A stretch of 64,000 nt of DNA from an uncultured Spirochaetaceae bacterium (lineage in GTDB: Bacteria; Spirochaetota; Spirochaetia; Sphaerochaetales; Sphaerochaetaceae), in the NCBI GenBank assembly GCA_944389505.1, contig CALXMP010000010.1, positions 4,267-68,266 on the forward strand, written 5' to 3'. Position numbers and translations under genes: made by a program. Each line of letters opens with the position of its first letter. Position 1 is the stretch's first letter. Below, in pieces: positions 18,280 to 27,997 of the stretch. The notes beneath the pieces are model-generated. The model saw only the letters and a program-made list of their open reading frames with translations, searched no databases and was not told the origin of the DNA.

Positions 18280-18799
18280 ATGCAAGTATCTCATCCCTGC
18301 TATCTGATACGAGAACAGGCCGTCCTGCATCACCAAGCATTCTGACCACCCTCTCATATATCGCCCCACCATATCTTTCGGCACCTGTATAGATCGCAAT
18401 CCGCTTTATACCCGGAGCGAATGAGACAGCGTCGGCTATTGCATCGGCAGAGGGATTCACAGAGAGAAGCGGAGCGGAGAGCACTGCTCCATCAATCTCC
18501 GGGTGGCGTGAGAGCACATCGACAAGGTCCTCCGTCCTTATCCCAGAGGGGGCGCTGAGATTCAGGAGGACATCATCGCCTGCGATGAATGCAGAGTGGA
18601 GCATGGATGGGATTATCTCCATCTTTCTTCCGCACGATCCGAGCATTTCCTTCATCGCGCGTCCAGCAGCATCATCTGAGAGCGCAGTAATGAGAAACAG
18701 ATCAGGGAAATCCATGCCTGTGCCTGTGAATGAGTGGGTGTACAACCCATTATCCGTCTTCCGATATGATGAGAAAATCTCTCCGATTACAGCCTGCAT
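18260..18799 (-). CDS. Hypothetical protein, 179 aa
   Basis: Only an ORF with coding-like composition. No diagnostic motif recognised. Confidence 0.4.
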   Translation of the reverse strand: MQAVIGEIFSSYRKTDNGLYTHSFTGTGMDFPDLFLITALSDDAAGRAMKEMLGSCGRKMEIIPSMLHSAFIAGDDVLLNLSAPSGIRTEDLVDVLSRHPEIDGAVLSAPLLSVNPSADAIADAVSFAPGIKRIAIYTGAERYGGAIYERVVRMLGDAGRPVLVSDSRDEILAFISRVS

Positions 18800-18833
18800 G
18801 GATTGAGCATAGCAGATTGTCTATAATGAATCC

Positions 18834-19247
18834 ATGAATACGAAGAAAGCGGTATGGATAGGAAGGCCTGGAAAGCTCAGGACTACCCTGCACTCATTCG
18901 AGTTTGATGCTGAAAGCAGCAATTCGGTATTCTTCACTCTCGGAGAGGAAGGTACGATAGATCTTACGAAGAAAGGCAATGCAGAGAGCGCCTTCATGCT
19001 TCTCCATACGCCATCAGACTTTGTGCTGTTCAGAAGCGAAAGCATAAAGCTATCATTCTCCGGAATCGAAGCTGTCATCCCATGCAGCATCGGAAACCAT
19101 CTCGCAATGGAGAAAAACGGGACAAAGCTGGCTTTCAGGGATGGGGACAGAACCATACTAGAGCTCAATAAGGAAGCATTCTCATCCTCGGCATCATTCG
19201 GAATAGCAGCAGAAGGCCCCGGATCGGTATATATTGAGGTTTTCTAG
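18834..19247 (+). CDS. Hypothetical protein, 137 aa
   Basis: ORF only. No motif recognised. Confidence 0.4.
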   Translation: MNTKKAVWIGRPGKLRTTLHSFEFDAESSNSVFFTLGEEGTIDLTKKGNAESAFMLLHTPSDFVLFRSESIKLSFSGIEAVIPCSIGNHLAMEKNGTKLAFRDGDRTILELNKEAFSSSASFGIAAEGPGSVYIEVF

Positions 19248-19312
19248 AATCGATTCGAGTGATATAGTTCCTGTATCTTAAATCCCCTTTGGAAGGGACG
19301 GAAGGAAATATT

Positions 19313-21004
19313 ATGGAAAACAAAGAAGAAAGACCTCTCAATTTCATTGAGAAGATCGTAGAGGAAGATCTCCGGGAAGGACGTGTACCGGACAACACGG
19401 TCGTTACACGGTTTCCTCCAGAGCCCAATGGATACCTCCACATCGGACATATCAAATCGATATGCATCAACTTCGGGATCGCTGCCAAGTACGGCGGAAG
19501 ATGCCATCTCAGGCTTGATGACACCAATCCTGAGAAAGAGGATCAGGAGTATATCGATTCAATCAAGAGCGATATCCATTGGCTTGGCTTCGACTGGGGC
19601 AAGTATGAGTTCTATGCTTCAGACTACTATGATCAGCTTTTTGACATCGCTGTGAATCTCATTAAGGAGGGAAAGGCATATGTTGATTCCCTCACTCCTG
19701 AGGAGATGAAGGAATACAGAGGAACGCTCACAGAGCCTGGGAAGAACTCCCCTGACCGTGACAGATCCATCGAGGAGAACCTCGACCTCTTCATGAGAAT
19801 GAAGAACGGGGAATTCCCTGAGGGAAAGTACACGCTCCGCGCGAAGATCAATATGGCAAGCCCGAACATCAATCTCCGCGATCCGGCTCTATATAGAATC
19901 AAGTACGCAGAGCATCCAAGGACGGGAAAGAAGTGGTGCATATATCCGATGTATGACTTCACCCACCCCATCTCCGATGCTATCGAGGGAATCACCCACT
20001 CAATCTGTACGCTTGAGTTCGAGGATCACAGACCGGCATATGACTGGGCAACATCGATTGATGGAATCGAGCATGCGCCGCATCAGTATGAGTTCGCGAG
20101 GCTGAATATCAACTACCTCCTGATGAGCAAGAGAAAGCTCCTCTACCTTGTGAACAACCATCTCGTCGATGGCTGGGATGACCCGAGAATGCCCACAATA
20201 GCAGGTATCAGGAGAAGAGGATACTCACCTGAGGCTATGAAGGACTTCGTGCAGCGCGTAGGTGTCGCGAAGGTCGAATCCGTCGTCGATTATTCGCTCA
20301 TGGAATTCTGCGTCAGGGAAGATCTTAATAAGAGAGCAAAGAGACTGATGGCTGTCCTCGATCCGCTTAAAATCATCATTGACAACTATCCTGAGGATAA
20401 GGTCGAGTACTTCGATGCGGAGAACAACCCTGAGGATGAGAATTCCGGAACGCACAAGATTGCATTCACAAAGGAGCTCTACATCGAGAGAGAGGACTTC
20501 ATGGAGGTCCCTGTGAAGGGCTATCACAGGCTCTATCCGGGAAATGAGATCAGGCTCAAGCATGCATACTATGTGACAGCAGTATCCGTAGATAAGGATG
20601 AGAACGGAAATATAACCGCGGTGCACTGCACATATGATCCTGAGTCCAGAGGCGGTACGACAGCCGATGGAAGGAAGGTCAAGGGAACAAGCCACTGGGT
20701 ATCAGCTACGGAATCGGTCCCATGCGAGGTAAGGCAGTATGACAAGCTCTTCAAGGCAGAGAATCCGGGAGCAGCGACAGGCAATTACCTCGATGATCTC
20801 AATCCTGACTCGCTTGTGGTAATAAAGAACGCAAGGATCGAGAAGGAAGGAGAGAGCGCAAAGCCTGGCGACTATCTCCAGTTCATCCGCAACGGATACT
20901 ATATGGCAGACAGCCATGACAGCTCCCCTGAGCATCTTGTCTTCAACCGCACAGTCACTCTCAAGGACTCATGGTCGAAGATGAAAGCGAAAATGGGAAT
21001 CTGA
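19313..21004 (+). CDS. glnS: Glutamine--tRNA ligase
   Basis: PEPNGYLHIGH (HIGH) and LMSKRKL (KMSKS-like). ATG at 19313 after GGAAGG; the track start at 19289 is a TTG. Confidence 0.97.
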   Translation: MENKEERPLNFIEKIVEEDLREGRVPDNTVVTRFPPEPNGYLHIGHIKSICINFGIAAKYGGRCHLRLDDTNPEKEDQEYIDSIKSDIHWLGFDWGKYEFYASDYYDQLFDIAVNLIKEGKAYVDSLTPEEMKEYRGTLTEPGKNSPDRDRSIEENLDLFMRMKNGEFPEGKYTLRAKINMASPNINLRDPALYRIKYAEHPRTGKKWCIYPMYDFTHPISDAIEGITHSICTLEFEDHRPAYDWATSIDGIEHAPHQYEFARLNINYLLMSKRKLLYLVNNHLVDGWDDPRMPTIAGIRRRGYSPEAMKDFVQRVGVAKVESVVDYSLMEFCVREDLNKRAKRLMAVLDPLKIIIDNYPEDKVEYFDAENNPEDENSGTHKIAFTKELYIEREDFMEVPVKGYHRLYPGNEIRLKHAYYVTAVSVDKDENGNITAVHCTYDPESRGGTTADGRKVKGTSHWVSATESVPCEVRQYDKLFKAENPGAATGNYLDDLNPDSLVVIKNARIEKEGESAKPGDYLQFIRNGYYMADSHDSSPEHLVFNRTVTLKDSWSKMKAKMGI

Positions 21005-21640
21005 TCATCTCATGACAGCGGCGGATACCAACGCGATATTCGCCGCTATATACGTCCACATGATGATGAAATCCGAAGTATCGGCATGATGGGCCCTGTT
21101 GTATGCGATGCGGGAGTCCGAATAGCCGAAAAGAATGACTCCAATGATAGAGAGAAGAGATGCAAGAGGGGCTGAAACGGAGAATGAGGCCCCTATTCCT
21201 GTCCCGAAGATATATATCATCGAACCATAGAGGACGAATCCCCAGAAATCATCCGCACCGCTTCTCCTGATCTTCCATATATAGACAGCAAAAGGAAGAG
21301 CGAAGACTGCTGCCGATATAACCATGAATGGAACGGAGAATGAACAACCCGCGAAATATGATATGTAGAAGATATGCCCTGCCATGAAGGAGAATATCCC
21401 AGCAAGGAATACCCTGCGGTATCTCTTGAATATCAAGCAGATATCGCCAAGCGTATAGAATGCGGCAGCCATAGCAATCAGCTGCATGCGGGGAACGGGA
21501 TGCAGGGAAAGCACTGCATAGTAAAGCAGCGGCATAAGAAATGGCTTTGTGATAGCCGCAGCGGCAAGCTTATCTGCCCACCTTGCATAGAGGTGGATTA
21601 TCGCAATGGAAACGAAGAACAGCAGCGCGATGCTTCCCAT
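21005..21640 (-). CDS. YhhN-family (lysoplasmalogenase-like) membrane protein
   Basis: Polytopic, 211 aa, with LGDICL and AGHIFY motifs. Confidence 0.75.
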   Translation of the reverse strand: MGSIALLFFVSIAIIHLYARWADKLAAAAITKPFLMPLLYYAVLSLHPVPRMQLIAMAAAFYTLGDICLIFKRYRRVFLAGIFSFMAGHIFYISYFAGCSFSVPFMVISAAVFALPFAVYIWKIRRSGADDFWGFVLYGSMIYIFGTGIGASFSVSAPLASLLSIIGVILFGYSDSRIAYNRAHHADTSDFIIMWTYIAANIALVSAAVMR

Positions 21641-21697
21641 AGAGGTATTCTAGCATATAGGCTTCCCAAATCCTAATAGGCTGGAATACAATACGAT

Positions 21698-22993
21698 ATG
21701 CGCTATTTCTCTGATTGCCACTTCCATGTGATGACGCTTGAGCAGCCCAATTTCGCCTCATTCTTCAACTCTTTCTATGATTCAGCCGGCGGACTGATCA
21801 CCGCCAACATGACAGAGAACTACATTCTCACTGCAGACAAGCTCAAGGGTGATACCTTCCTCAGAACACTCACGAACACGCTCATGGCCTTTGACAGGCC
21901 CATCGGGGATACGTTCACGATGATGGAGGATGACCTGAGAGGCGTATTCACTTCAAAGGAGAAGGACAGCTACGCTCCGATTGAGCCATACATACATGAC
22001 GGGAAGCTTCATATCAGGGGAATGGAGTTCGATAAGATGATAATGATTCCCCTCGTGATGGACTTCTCCCAGGATCAGAAGGAGCTCGACAAGCTATACT
22101 ACTCCTTCCCCGCTGAGGATAAGATCACGCCGTATCTCCATGATACAGTTGAGGGGATGAATGCTTATTACAGGAAGAATCCTGACGGGCTCTTTGAGTT
22201 CTATCCATTCGCGGGGATAGATCCAAGGCTCCATTCGATGCGCTTTCTGGAGGACTTCCTCGATAAATACATAAACACCTCCCACAGGATGCATAAGCCC
22301 CATACCATTCCTTCAAAGCCATTCTATGGTATCAAGATATATCCGCCACTTGGCTTCAGGCCATGGCCGGATGACAAGGAAACGCTTGAGAAGCACAGAT
22401 ACCTCTATTCATTCTGCGAGAAGAACCGTGTACCGATAATCACCCACTGCGATGACCAGGGATTCAGAGGCGTCTCCGCAGAGGAAGCATGGAGGAATAC
22501 AGATCCGGCAGCATGGAGAACGGTGCTGGAGAACTACCCTTCCCTCATCATCGACTTCGCCCATTTCGGCAAGCAGTATGCATTCTCCGAGCGCAACAAC
22601 ATCGCAAGCATGGCGATGAGGCTCAAAAAGCAGCCTGACAGCCCCTGGTTTGCATCGCTGGTGAAGCTCATAAGCGAATTCAGCAATGTCTATGCGGATC
22701 TCTCCTTCTCGGGTTGTACCGATGAATTCTACATTGAGCTCATGAACTTCATCGATGGCGAGAGCAGGGAGGCTCGTGAGAAGCTTCTTTCGAGGATACT
22801 CTTCGGCTCGGATTTCTCCGTCAACCTCCTGAAGGTCGAGTCATATACGAAGTACTGGTCGATATTCGAGAAATCACCATTCACCGATGATGAGATCATG
22901 AGAATCGGAGGGGAGAACGCCCTCCGGTTCCTCGGATTCGATCTAAAGGAAATTGAAGAGAAGAGCAACAGACACCCTGGAATCCGTCCATGA
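21698..22993 (+). CDS. Metal-dependent amidohydrolase-fold (TIM barrel) protein, specific function unknown
   Basis: N-terminal DCHFHV (HxH), then ITHCDD, DFAHFG and GSDF: the metal-ligand pattern of the amidohydrolase_2-type fold. Confidence 0.7.
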   Translation: MRYFSDCHFHVMTLEQPNFASFFNSFYDSAGGLITANMTENYILTADKLKGDTFLRTLTNTLMAFDRPIGDTFTMMEDDLRGVFTSKEKDSYAPIEPYIHDGKLHIRGMEFDKMIMIPLVMDFSQDQKELDKLYYSFPAEDKITPYLHDTVEGMNAYYRKNPDGLFEFYPFAGIDPRLHSMRFLEDFLDKYINTSHRMHKPHTIPSKPFYGIKIYPPLGFRPWPDDKETLEKHRYLYSFCEKNRVPIITHCDDQGFRGVSAEEAWRNTDPAAWRTVLENYPSLIIDFAHFGKQYAFSERNNIASMAMRLKKQPDSPWFASLVKLISEFSNVYADLSFSGCTDEFYIELMNFIDGESREAREKLLSRILFGSDFSVNLLKVESYTKYWSIFEKSPFTDDEIMRIGGENALRFLGFDLKEIEEKSNRHPGIRP

Positions 22994-23509
22994 CGGGATG
23001 GCATTGAAGTTCTGGAAGCAGCCCTCCATTGGTACTGCGGCTGCCGCACTGACGCTTATTATGCCGAAATTCAGGGTAAGAGCCAGTCTATAGGCCATCG
23101 TTGCTCCCATAAAGGCATTGCTGAACTCATCAACAGGCCTTCCGTTCACATACCATGCATTCGTCCCCTGATCGAACTGGAAATCGAGATCGAGGGCAAG
23201 GCCGATTGCTATATCAAGAAAGCTTGCCGCAGGTATATTCAGATTCAATGAGGGATTGGTGCCCACGGTATGGACTCCACCGCCATAGGAGTATGTTGCC
23301 GGGATATCTATAGATACCCAGTTGAACAGATTCAGCCTCGCATCGGCTCCGAATCCATAGCTGTTGATATCAGTAAGCTTCTCCGTATCCGCGAGGTCCA
23401 GGGCACTGTGCCTGTAAAGCACCATCGGGCCCACCTGGAAAAACGGCGTAGAATAAACCGCGGATGCAGTCAGAACCATGATTGCTGCAATGAGTATTCT
23501 CTTCTTCAT
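22943..23509 (-). CDS. Small beta-barrel outer-membrane-like protein
   Basis: ATG at 23509 gives MKKRILIAAIMVLTASAVYS, a signal peptide. Alternating hydrophobic pattern and an aromatic-rich C-terminus (LLFNFL). Confidence 0.55.
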   Translation of the reverse strand: MKKRILIAAIMVLTASAVYSTPFFQVGPMVLYRHSALDLADTEKLTDINSYGFGADARLNLFNWVSIDIPATYSYGGGVHTVGTNPSLNLNIPAASFLDIAIGLALDLDFQFDQGTNAWYVNGRPVDEFSNAFMGATMAYRLALTLNFGIISVSAAAAVPMEGCFQNFNAIPSWTDSRVSVALLFNFL

Positions 23510-23585
23510 ATGGCACCTCACGGCAAGAGTATATCACAGCTTCTTAACGCCACCTATGTTGATGATTATGTATTTTAAGTGCATT

Positions 23586-24767
23586 ATGTCTTCCATGTTC
23601 TCACTACTTCTGGCTGCAATCATATACATAGCATTCATCTCGCTCGGTCTGCCAGATTCAATGCTCGGGGCAGCATGGCCGATGATGTATGCAGATCTTA
23701 ATGTACCAATCTCATACGCAGGGTTCATAAGCATGACAGTCTGCGGAGGAACCGTAGTAAGCTCCATAATGTATTCAAGGCTTGCAAGACGCATCCCGAC
23801 AGGAATAGTAACCGCAGTCTCCGTAGCGATGACAGCCCTAGCTCTCATGGGGTTCTCATTCGCATCCTCATTCCCTATGATTATTGCCCTTGCGGTAATC
23901 CTTGGCCTCGGTGCAGGCGCAGTCGATGCTGGTCTGAACAATTACGTCGCAATACATTTCAAGGCGAGAGCAATGAGCTTCCTCCATGCATCATGGGGAA
24001 TAGGAACAACGGTCGGCCCATTCCTCCTCTCCTACCTTATCTCCATAGGCCTCGGCTGGCAGGAAGGTTACAGGATACTGAGTACAGTGCAGTTCACCAT
24101 CTGCATAATGCTCTTTGCCTCGCTACCTCTGTGGAAGAAAGCAGAGAATGCGGAAAAAGGCGATACAACTGCTCCGGTACCGGAGTACAGAAGATTCTGC
24201 AAAGGCGCAGTAATTCCCGCAATCCTTGCCTTCTTCGCATACTGCTCGATGGAGAATACCGCCATGATATGGTCGGCAACATTCCTTGTAGAGGCCAGAG
24301 GCTTCTCAGAGGGCCTTGCAGCTGTATCGGCAGGAGTGCTCTTCTGGGGAATGACAGCAGGCAGGCTGTTCTCAGGCTTCATCAGCGACAGGCTTGGAGA
24401 CAGGAAGATGCTTGCAATCGGCGAGACAGCATCACTCATAGCAATCCTCCTGATTGCATTCATTCCAGGAAAGCTCTCCGTAGCGGCACTCTTCCTGCTC
24501 GGATTCGGATTCGGCCCGATATATCCGTCGATGATACACCAGACTCCGGAATACTTCGGCGTTGAAAGATCATCGGAAATCATGGGGCTTGAGATGGCCT
24601 CCGCATATGTCGGCTCGATGTTCATGCCCCCTGTATTCGGACTTATCGGAAGAAGGATATCAATGGATGTCTTCCCATTGTTCGCACTCTTCTTCCTGAT
24701 ACTCCATACCGCAGCCATAATCCTCAAGAGAAGAGCGCTGGAGAAGGATCAGAGAACCGCTTCCTGA
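23586..24767 (+). CDS. MFS transporter
   Basis: About 12 transmembrane segments. The start is taken at ATG 23586; the track start at 23478 would overlap the divergent gene. Confidence 0.85.
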   Translation: MSSMFSLLLAAIIYIAFISLGLPDSMLGAAWPMMYADLNVPISYAGFISMTVCGGTVVSSIMYSRLARRIPTGIVTAVSVAMTALALMGFSFASSFPMIIALAVILGLGAGAVDAGLNNYVAIHFKARAMSFLHASWGIGTTVGPFLLSYLISIGLGWQEGYRILSTVQFTICIMLFASLPLWKKAENAEKGDTTAPVPEYRRFCKGAVIPAILAFFAYCSMENTAMIWSATFLVEARGFSEGLAAVSAGVLFWGMTAGRLFSGFISDRLGDRKMLAIGETASLIAILLIAFIPGKLSVAALFLLGFGFGPIYPSMIHQTPEYFGVERSSEIMGLEMASAYVGSMFMPPVFGLIGRRISMDVFPLFALFFLILHTAAIILKRRALEKDQRTAS

Positions 24768-26116
24768 ACCGATGGGATAAGGGAGGAATAGATGGATGAA
24801 AGCCTTCCCATCTCCCCTTCCACTCTTTCGCTAAGCTCAGCAAGCCATGCCTCATCCTTCTCTATCATGAGATTGCCGGCAGTCCCCACTGATGTCCTCT
24901 TTCCAAGCGACGCCACAGGATCCTCGCCCTGGACCTTATCGAGATTGAGGCCCACATCCTTATAGCTGTCGCGGAAATTGCCTCCGGAAAGAACCTTCTC
25001 CATGACCCTGTCTGTAGCATAGAGCTCAGGAGTGCAGGCTGCTATGAGGTTATCTGGATGGACCTCCAGCCCCTGTATCATCTCATCTGTTATCATGACA
25101 AGCTCAAGAGCCGAGCGGAAGCCCTCTATGAACGGCTCCTTCGTGTCCTGGAAATCCCTGTTGTATCCGGAAGGCAGAGCACGGATGATCGATTTGACGC
25201 GCATTGAGCATGAACCGATCAGCGATGTGCGGGACCTTGCCAGCTCAAGACCATCGGGATTCTTCTTCTGAGGCATTATCGAAGAGCCTGTGCAGAGCTC
25301 GCGCGGAAGGGAGAAATACCCGAACTCAGGCAGCGTGAAGAGCATCAGATCCTGTGCCAGCTTCGATATCGTGAGCGCAATGTACTCCGCATGATCCAGG
25401 AAGAAGGCCTCGAACTTACCCCTCGAGTTGTTCGCATAGAGGACATTGTTCTGCACCTTCCTGAAGCCCATGAGCGAGGCTGTATACTCCCTATCAAGCG
25501 GCAGTGTGACACCATATGAAGCGGCAGATCCAAGCGGTGACTGGTCAATGACATCGTACAGGGAGAGGAGCATTCCTGTCTCCTCAAGGATCTCCTCTGC
25601 GAATGACAGGGCCCAGAGCGCAACAGAGGAAGGCATCGCTATCTGCATATGCGTACGTCCAGGCATCGGAACATCCTTGTTCTGCTCCGCGAGCTTAATA
25701 AGGGATGCTGATAAACCCAGCGATGCAGAGGAAAGCTTCAGTGCAGCCTCACGCATATAGATTCGGAGAGCAGTCTGAACCTGATCATTCCTGCTCCTTC
25801 CTGTATGGATTTTCTTGCCTGTATCCCCTAGTTCATTAGTAAGGAATCCTTCTATAGCCGTATGGCAGTCCTCATCGGAGACTGTTATCGGAAAGGAATC
25901 CGACTGTCTCAGCTGGACGATGCGGTCAAGCCCTGCAAGCAGCTTCCTGCACTCCTCATCGGAAAGGATCCCTATCTTATTAAGCCCTTTCGCATGGGCA
26001 GCCGAGCCTATAGCATCGGATACGACGAGCTCCTCGTCATATATATAATCATTGCGGACTGTGAAATGCTCCATCATGGAGTCAAGCGTGTAATTCTTCT
26101 GCCAGAGTTTTGCCAT
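24749..26116 (-). CDS. argH: Argininosuccinate lyase
   Basis: TGRSRNDQV and GSSIMPQKKNPD signature motifs. Confidence 0.95.
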   Translation of the reverse strand: MAKLWQKNYTLDSMMEHFTVRNDYIYDEELVVSDAIGSAAHAKGLNKIGILSDEECRKLLAGLDRIVQLRQSDSFPITVSDEDCHTAIEGFLTNELGDTGKKIHTGRSRNDQVQTALRIYMREAALKLSSASLGLSASLIKLAEQNKDVPMPGRTHMQIAMPSSVALWALSFAEEILEETGMLLSLYDVIDQSPLGSAASYGVTLPLDREYTASLMGFRKVQNNVLYANNSRGKFEAFFLDHAEYIALTISKLAQDLMLFTLPEFGYFSLPRELCTGSSIMPQKKNPDGLELARSRTSLIGSCSMRVKSIIRALPSGYNRDFQDTKEPFIEGFRSALELVMITDEMIQGLEVHPDNLIAACTPELYATDRVMEKVLSGGNFRDSYKDVGLNLDKVQGEDPVASLGKRTSVGTAGNLMIEKDEAWLAELSERVEGEMGRLSSIYSSLIPSVQEAVL

Positions 26117-26183
26117 GGATAGAAGATTATCAGAATCGCGGGAGATTGTCGTCAGTGAAGGCCATCCAAGGCGTATATATTAT

Positions 26184-27131
26184 ATGAAAGCTTTATATCT
26201 TGTATTCATCACAGTCCTTATCCTTTCCTCCTGCCCCGGACGCGGAGGAAGGATCTATGACTCATTCCAGGGCAGGGACAGGATACCGCCGAAGGTAATC
26301 AGCTACAATCTTGTCTCATCGAAAGAATTCAGGCTGGTCTACGATGAGAGCGTTGCTCTTATGGACATGGAACTTAACGGTAAGAAGTTCGGGAAGCTGA
26401 TCGAGGGCTCGATATTCATGATAACCTTCCCCGAACCGCTCAAGCGCGGGGAAAGCGCTGTACTGTCTGTGACGGCAGAGGATCTTGCGGGGAACACATC
26501 GAGGGCATCGTTCGCTCTCACAGGGCCCAATGATGATATCCCTCTCACACTCATAAATGAGGTATCGATCAAGGGAACGGCTGCATCCCCTGATAGGATT
26601 GAGCTACTGATCCTCGAGGAAGGGAACACTGCTGGCATTACAGTCAAGGATGGAAGCAGGGAGCACTATGACCATGAATGGATACTTCCTGAGCTGGACG
26701 TCATAAGCGGGGATATAATCCTCTTATACTGGGATACGGATATATCAGGAAATGCTGTCGAGAAGCGGGACGAGAACTTCACATACAGCTTCTCTGCAGG
26801 AAGCGATACGACGCTTTCAGGGACAAATGGCGCAATAGCTGTATATACCTCTCCCGAGGGGGAGATCCTCGATGGGATAATCTACACGACAGGCACTTCC
26901 GAGCTCTGCAATGGATACGGCAATACGAAAACAGAGGAAGCGGCATTCATGCTTATAAAGGAGGGAGAATGGACAAGCGAACCAATCTCCTCTCTCGATG
27001 TGACTTCAAGCCGTGTCATAGCAAGGTACCCTGGAGGAATCGACAGCAACTCAGCCGATGATTTCTTCATCACAGCCGCAAGGAAATCGACATTTGGAGA
27101 GCCTAATCAGTTCATACCTTATGAAGAATAA
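26184..27131 (+). CDS. Lipoprotein with an Ig-like N-terminal region and a lamin-tail-domain-like segment
   Basis: ATG at 26184 gives MKALYLVFITVLILSSC (lipobox). LINEVSIKG...DRIELLILEEGN resembles the LTD signature. Confidence 0.6.
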   Translation: MKALYLVFITVLILSSCPGRGGRIYDSFQGRDRIPPKVISYNLVSSKEFRLVYDESVALMDMELNGKKFGKLIEGSIFMITFPEPLKRGESAVLSVTAEDLAGNTSRASFALTGPNDDIPLTLINEVSIKGTAASPDRIELLILEEGNTAGITVKDGSREHYDHEWILPELDVISGDIILLYWDTDISGNAVEKRDENFTYSFSAGSDTTLSGTNGAIAVYTSPEGEILDGIIYTTGTSELCNGYGNTKTEEAAFMLIKEGEWTSEPISSLDVTSSRVIARYPGGIDSNSADDFFITAARKSTFGEPNQFIPYEE

Positions 27132-27213
27132 ATATATTCTTAATTCGGTATATTAATATCTTTATTATATCCGATAAAGGATATGGAAGCATCAGCAACA
27201 TCCCTGAATTGGA

Positions 27214-27378
27214 TTACTGCTTGTCTGGGACAGAAGAATCATCCTTCTGTTCCGGCTGTTTTCTATTCCTCAGGTAGAATCCGGAGAAATCCTCAATCTC
27301 CGGAATATCACTAAGATCAATTGGCCTGTTCCGGAGCTCTTTTATCTGCTCCTCGGTAAAATGTTTCTTTTCTGGCAT
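27214..27378 (-). CDS. Small acidic protein with a DUF4415/BrnA-like IDLSDIPE motif
   Basis: ATG at 27378 (the track start at 27396 is a CTG). MPEKKHFTEEQIKELRNRPIDLSDIPEIEDF. The RBS is weak. Confidence 0.4.
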   Translation of the reverse strand: MPEKKHFTEEQIKELRNRPIDLSDIPEIEDFSGFYLRNRKQPEQKDDSSVPDKQ

Positions 27379-27454
27379 GTTATTCCCAGACAGCAACTCT
27401 GCCTGGCAGGATTATTATATTGCGTACATCGCACTTAGGCCACAGGAATCTTCC

Positions 27455-27480
27455 AAGGCAGGAGGACAACCTCCCGCCTT
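27455..27480 (-). other. GC-rich hairpin immediately after the ssb-like stop
   Basis: AAGGCAGGAGG-acaa-CCTCCCGCCTT, 11 bp with one mismatch. No U-tract on either strand. Confidence 0.45.
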
Positions 27481-27484
27481 GCTT

Positions 27485-27919
27485 TCAGAACGTATATAGA
27501 ACCTCTGGTTCTCCCATACGTTCCCGTTCGTCCTCTGCGTTCTCGAGAATCTCCAGAGCGGGATCAGGACGCCCTTTGGATCTTGGCCGTCTGAACTCCA
27601 CATGGTCTGCAACAAGCTCGATGGATTTACGGCTCCCTCCATCGGAGGACTGCCATCTGCAGAGTCTGAGACGACCTACGACTCTCGCAGTCATGCCCTT
27701 GCTCATCTTCTCGATGCATCTGTCGCCGAGACTTCCCCAGCACTGCACGGCAATGAACAATGTCTCCACAGCCTTCTTCCCTCCCCTGTCCACATAGTAG
27801 CGGTCAGAGGCCATATCGAACTTGACGAGGCGGCATCCCTCGGGCGCATCCGAGAGATCAATCCGTTTCGGATCTGCTACAAGAATACCTTCCAGCAGTG
27901 AGTTATTGAGATGATTCAT
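27485..27919 (-). CDS. ssb: Single-stranded DNA-binding protein paralogue
   Basis: OB-fold pattern (NSLLEGILVADP...ETLFIAVQCWGSLGD...ARVVGRL) and an acidic tail ending EPEVLYTF. AAGGAGG lies 6 nt before the ATG at 27919. Confidence 0.8.
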   Translation of the reverse strand: MNHLNNSLLEGILVADPKRIDLSDAPEGCRLVKFDMASDRYYVDRGGKKAVETLFIAVQCWGSLGDRCIEKMSKGMTARVVGRLRLCRWQSSDGGSRKSIELVADHVEFRRPRSKGRPDPALEILENAEDERERMGEPEVLYTF

Positions 27920-27997
27920 CTTCATCCTCCTTTATATCTATACGCGCTAGGTAGGCTTTTCTGCCAATGGCATGCTAAAATATTTCCGGAGGAAGCA

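Noticed and set aside
18260-18799. Interpreting the 179-aa ORF as a truncated PfkB sugar kinase.
   Set aside because: The diagnostic GG and DTxGAGD motifs are absent. The resemblance was only superficial.
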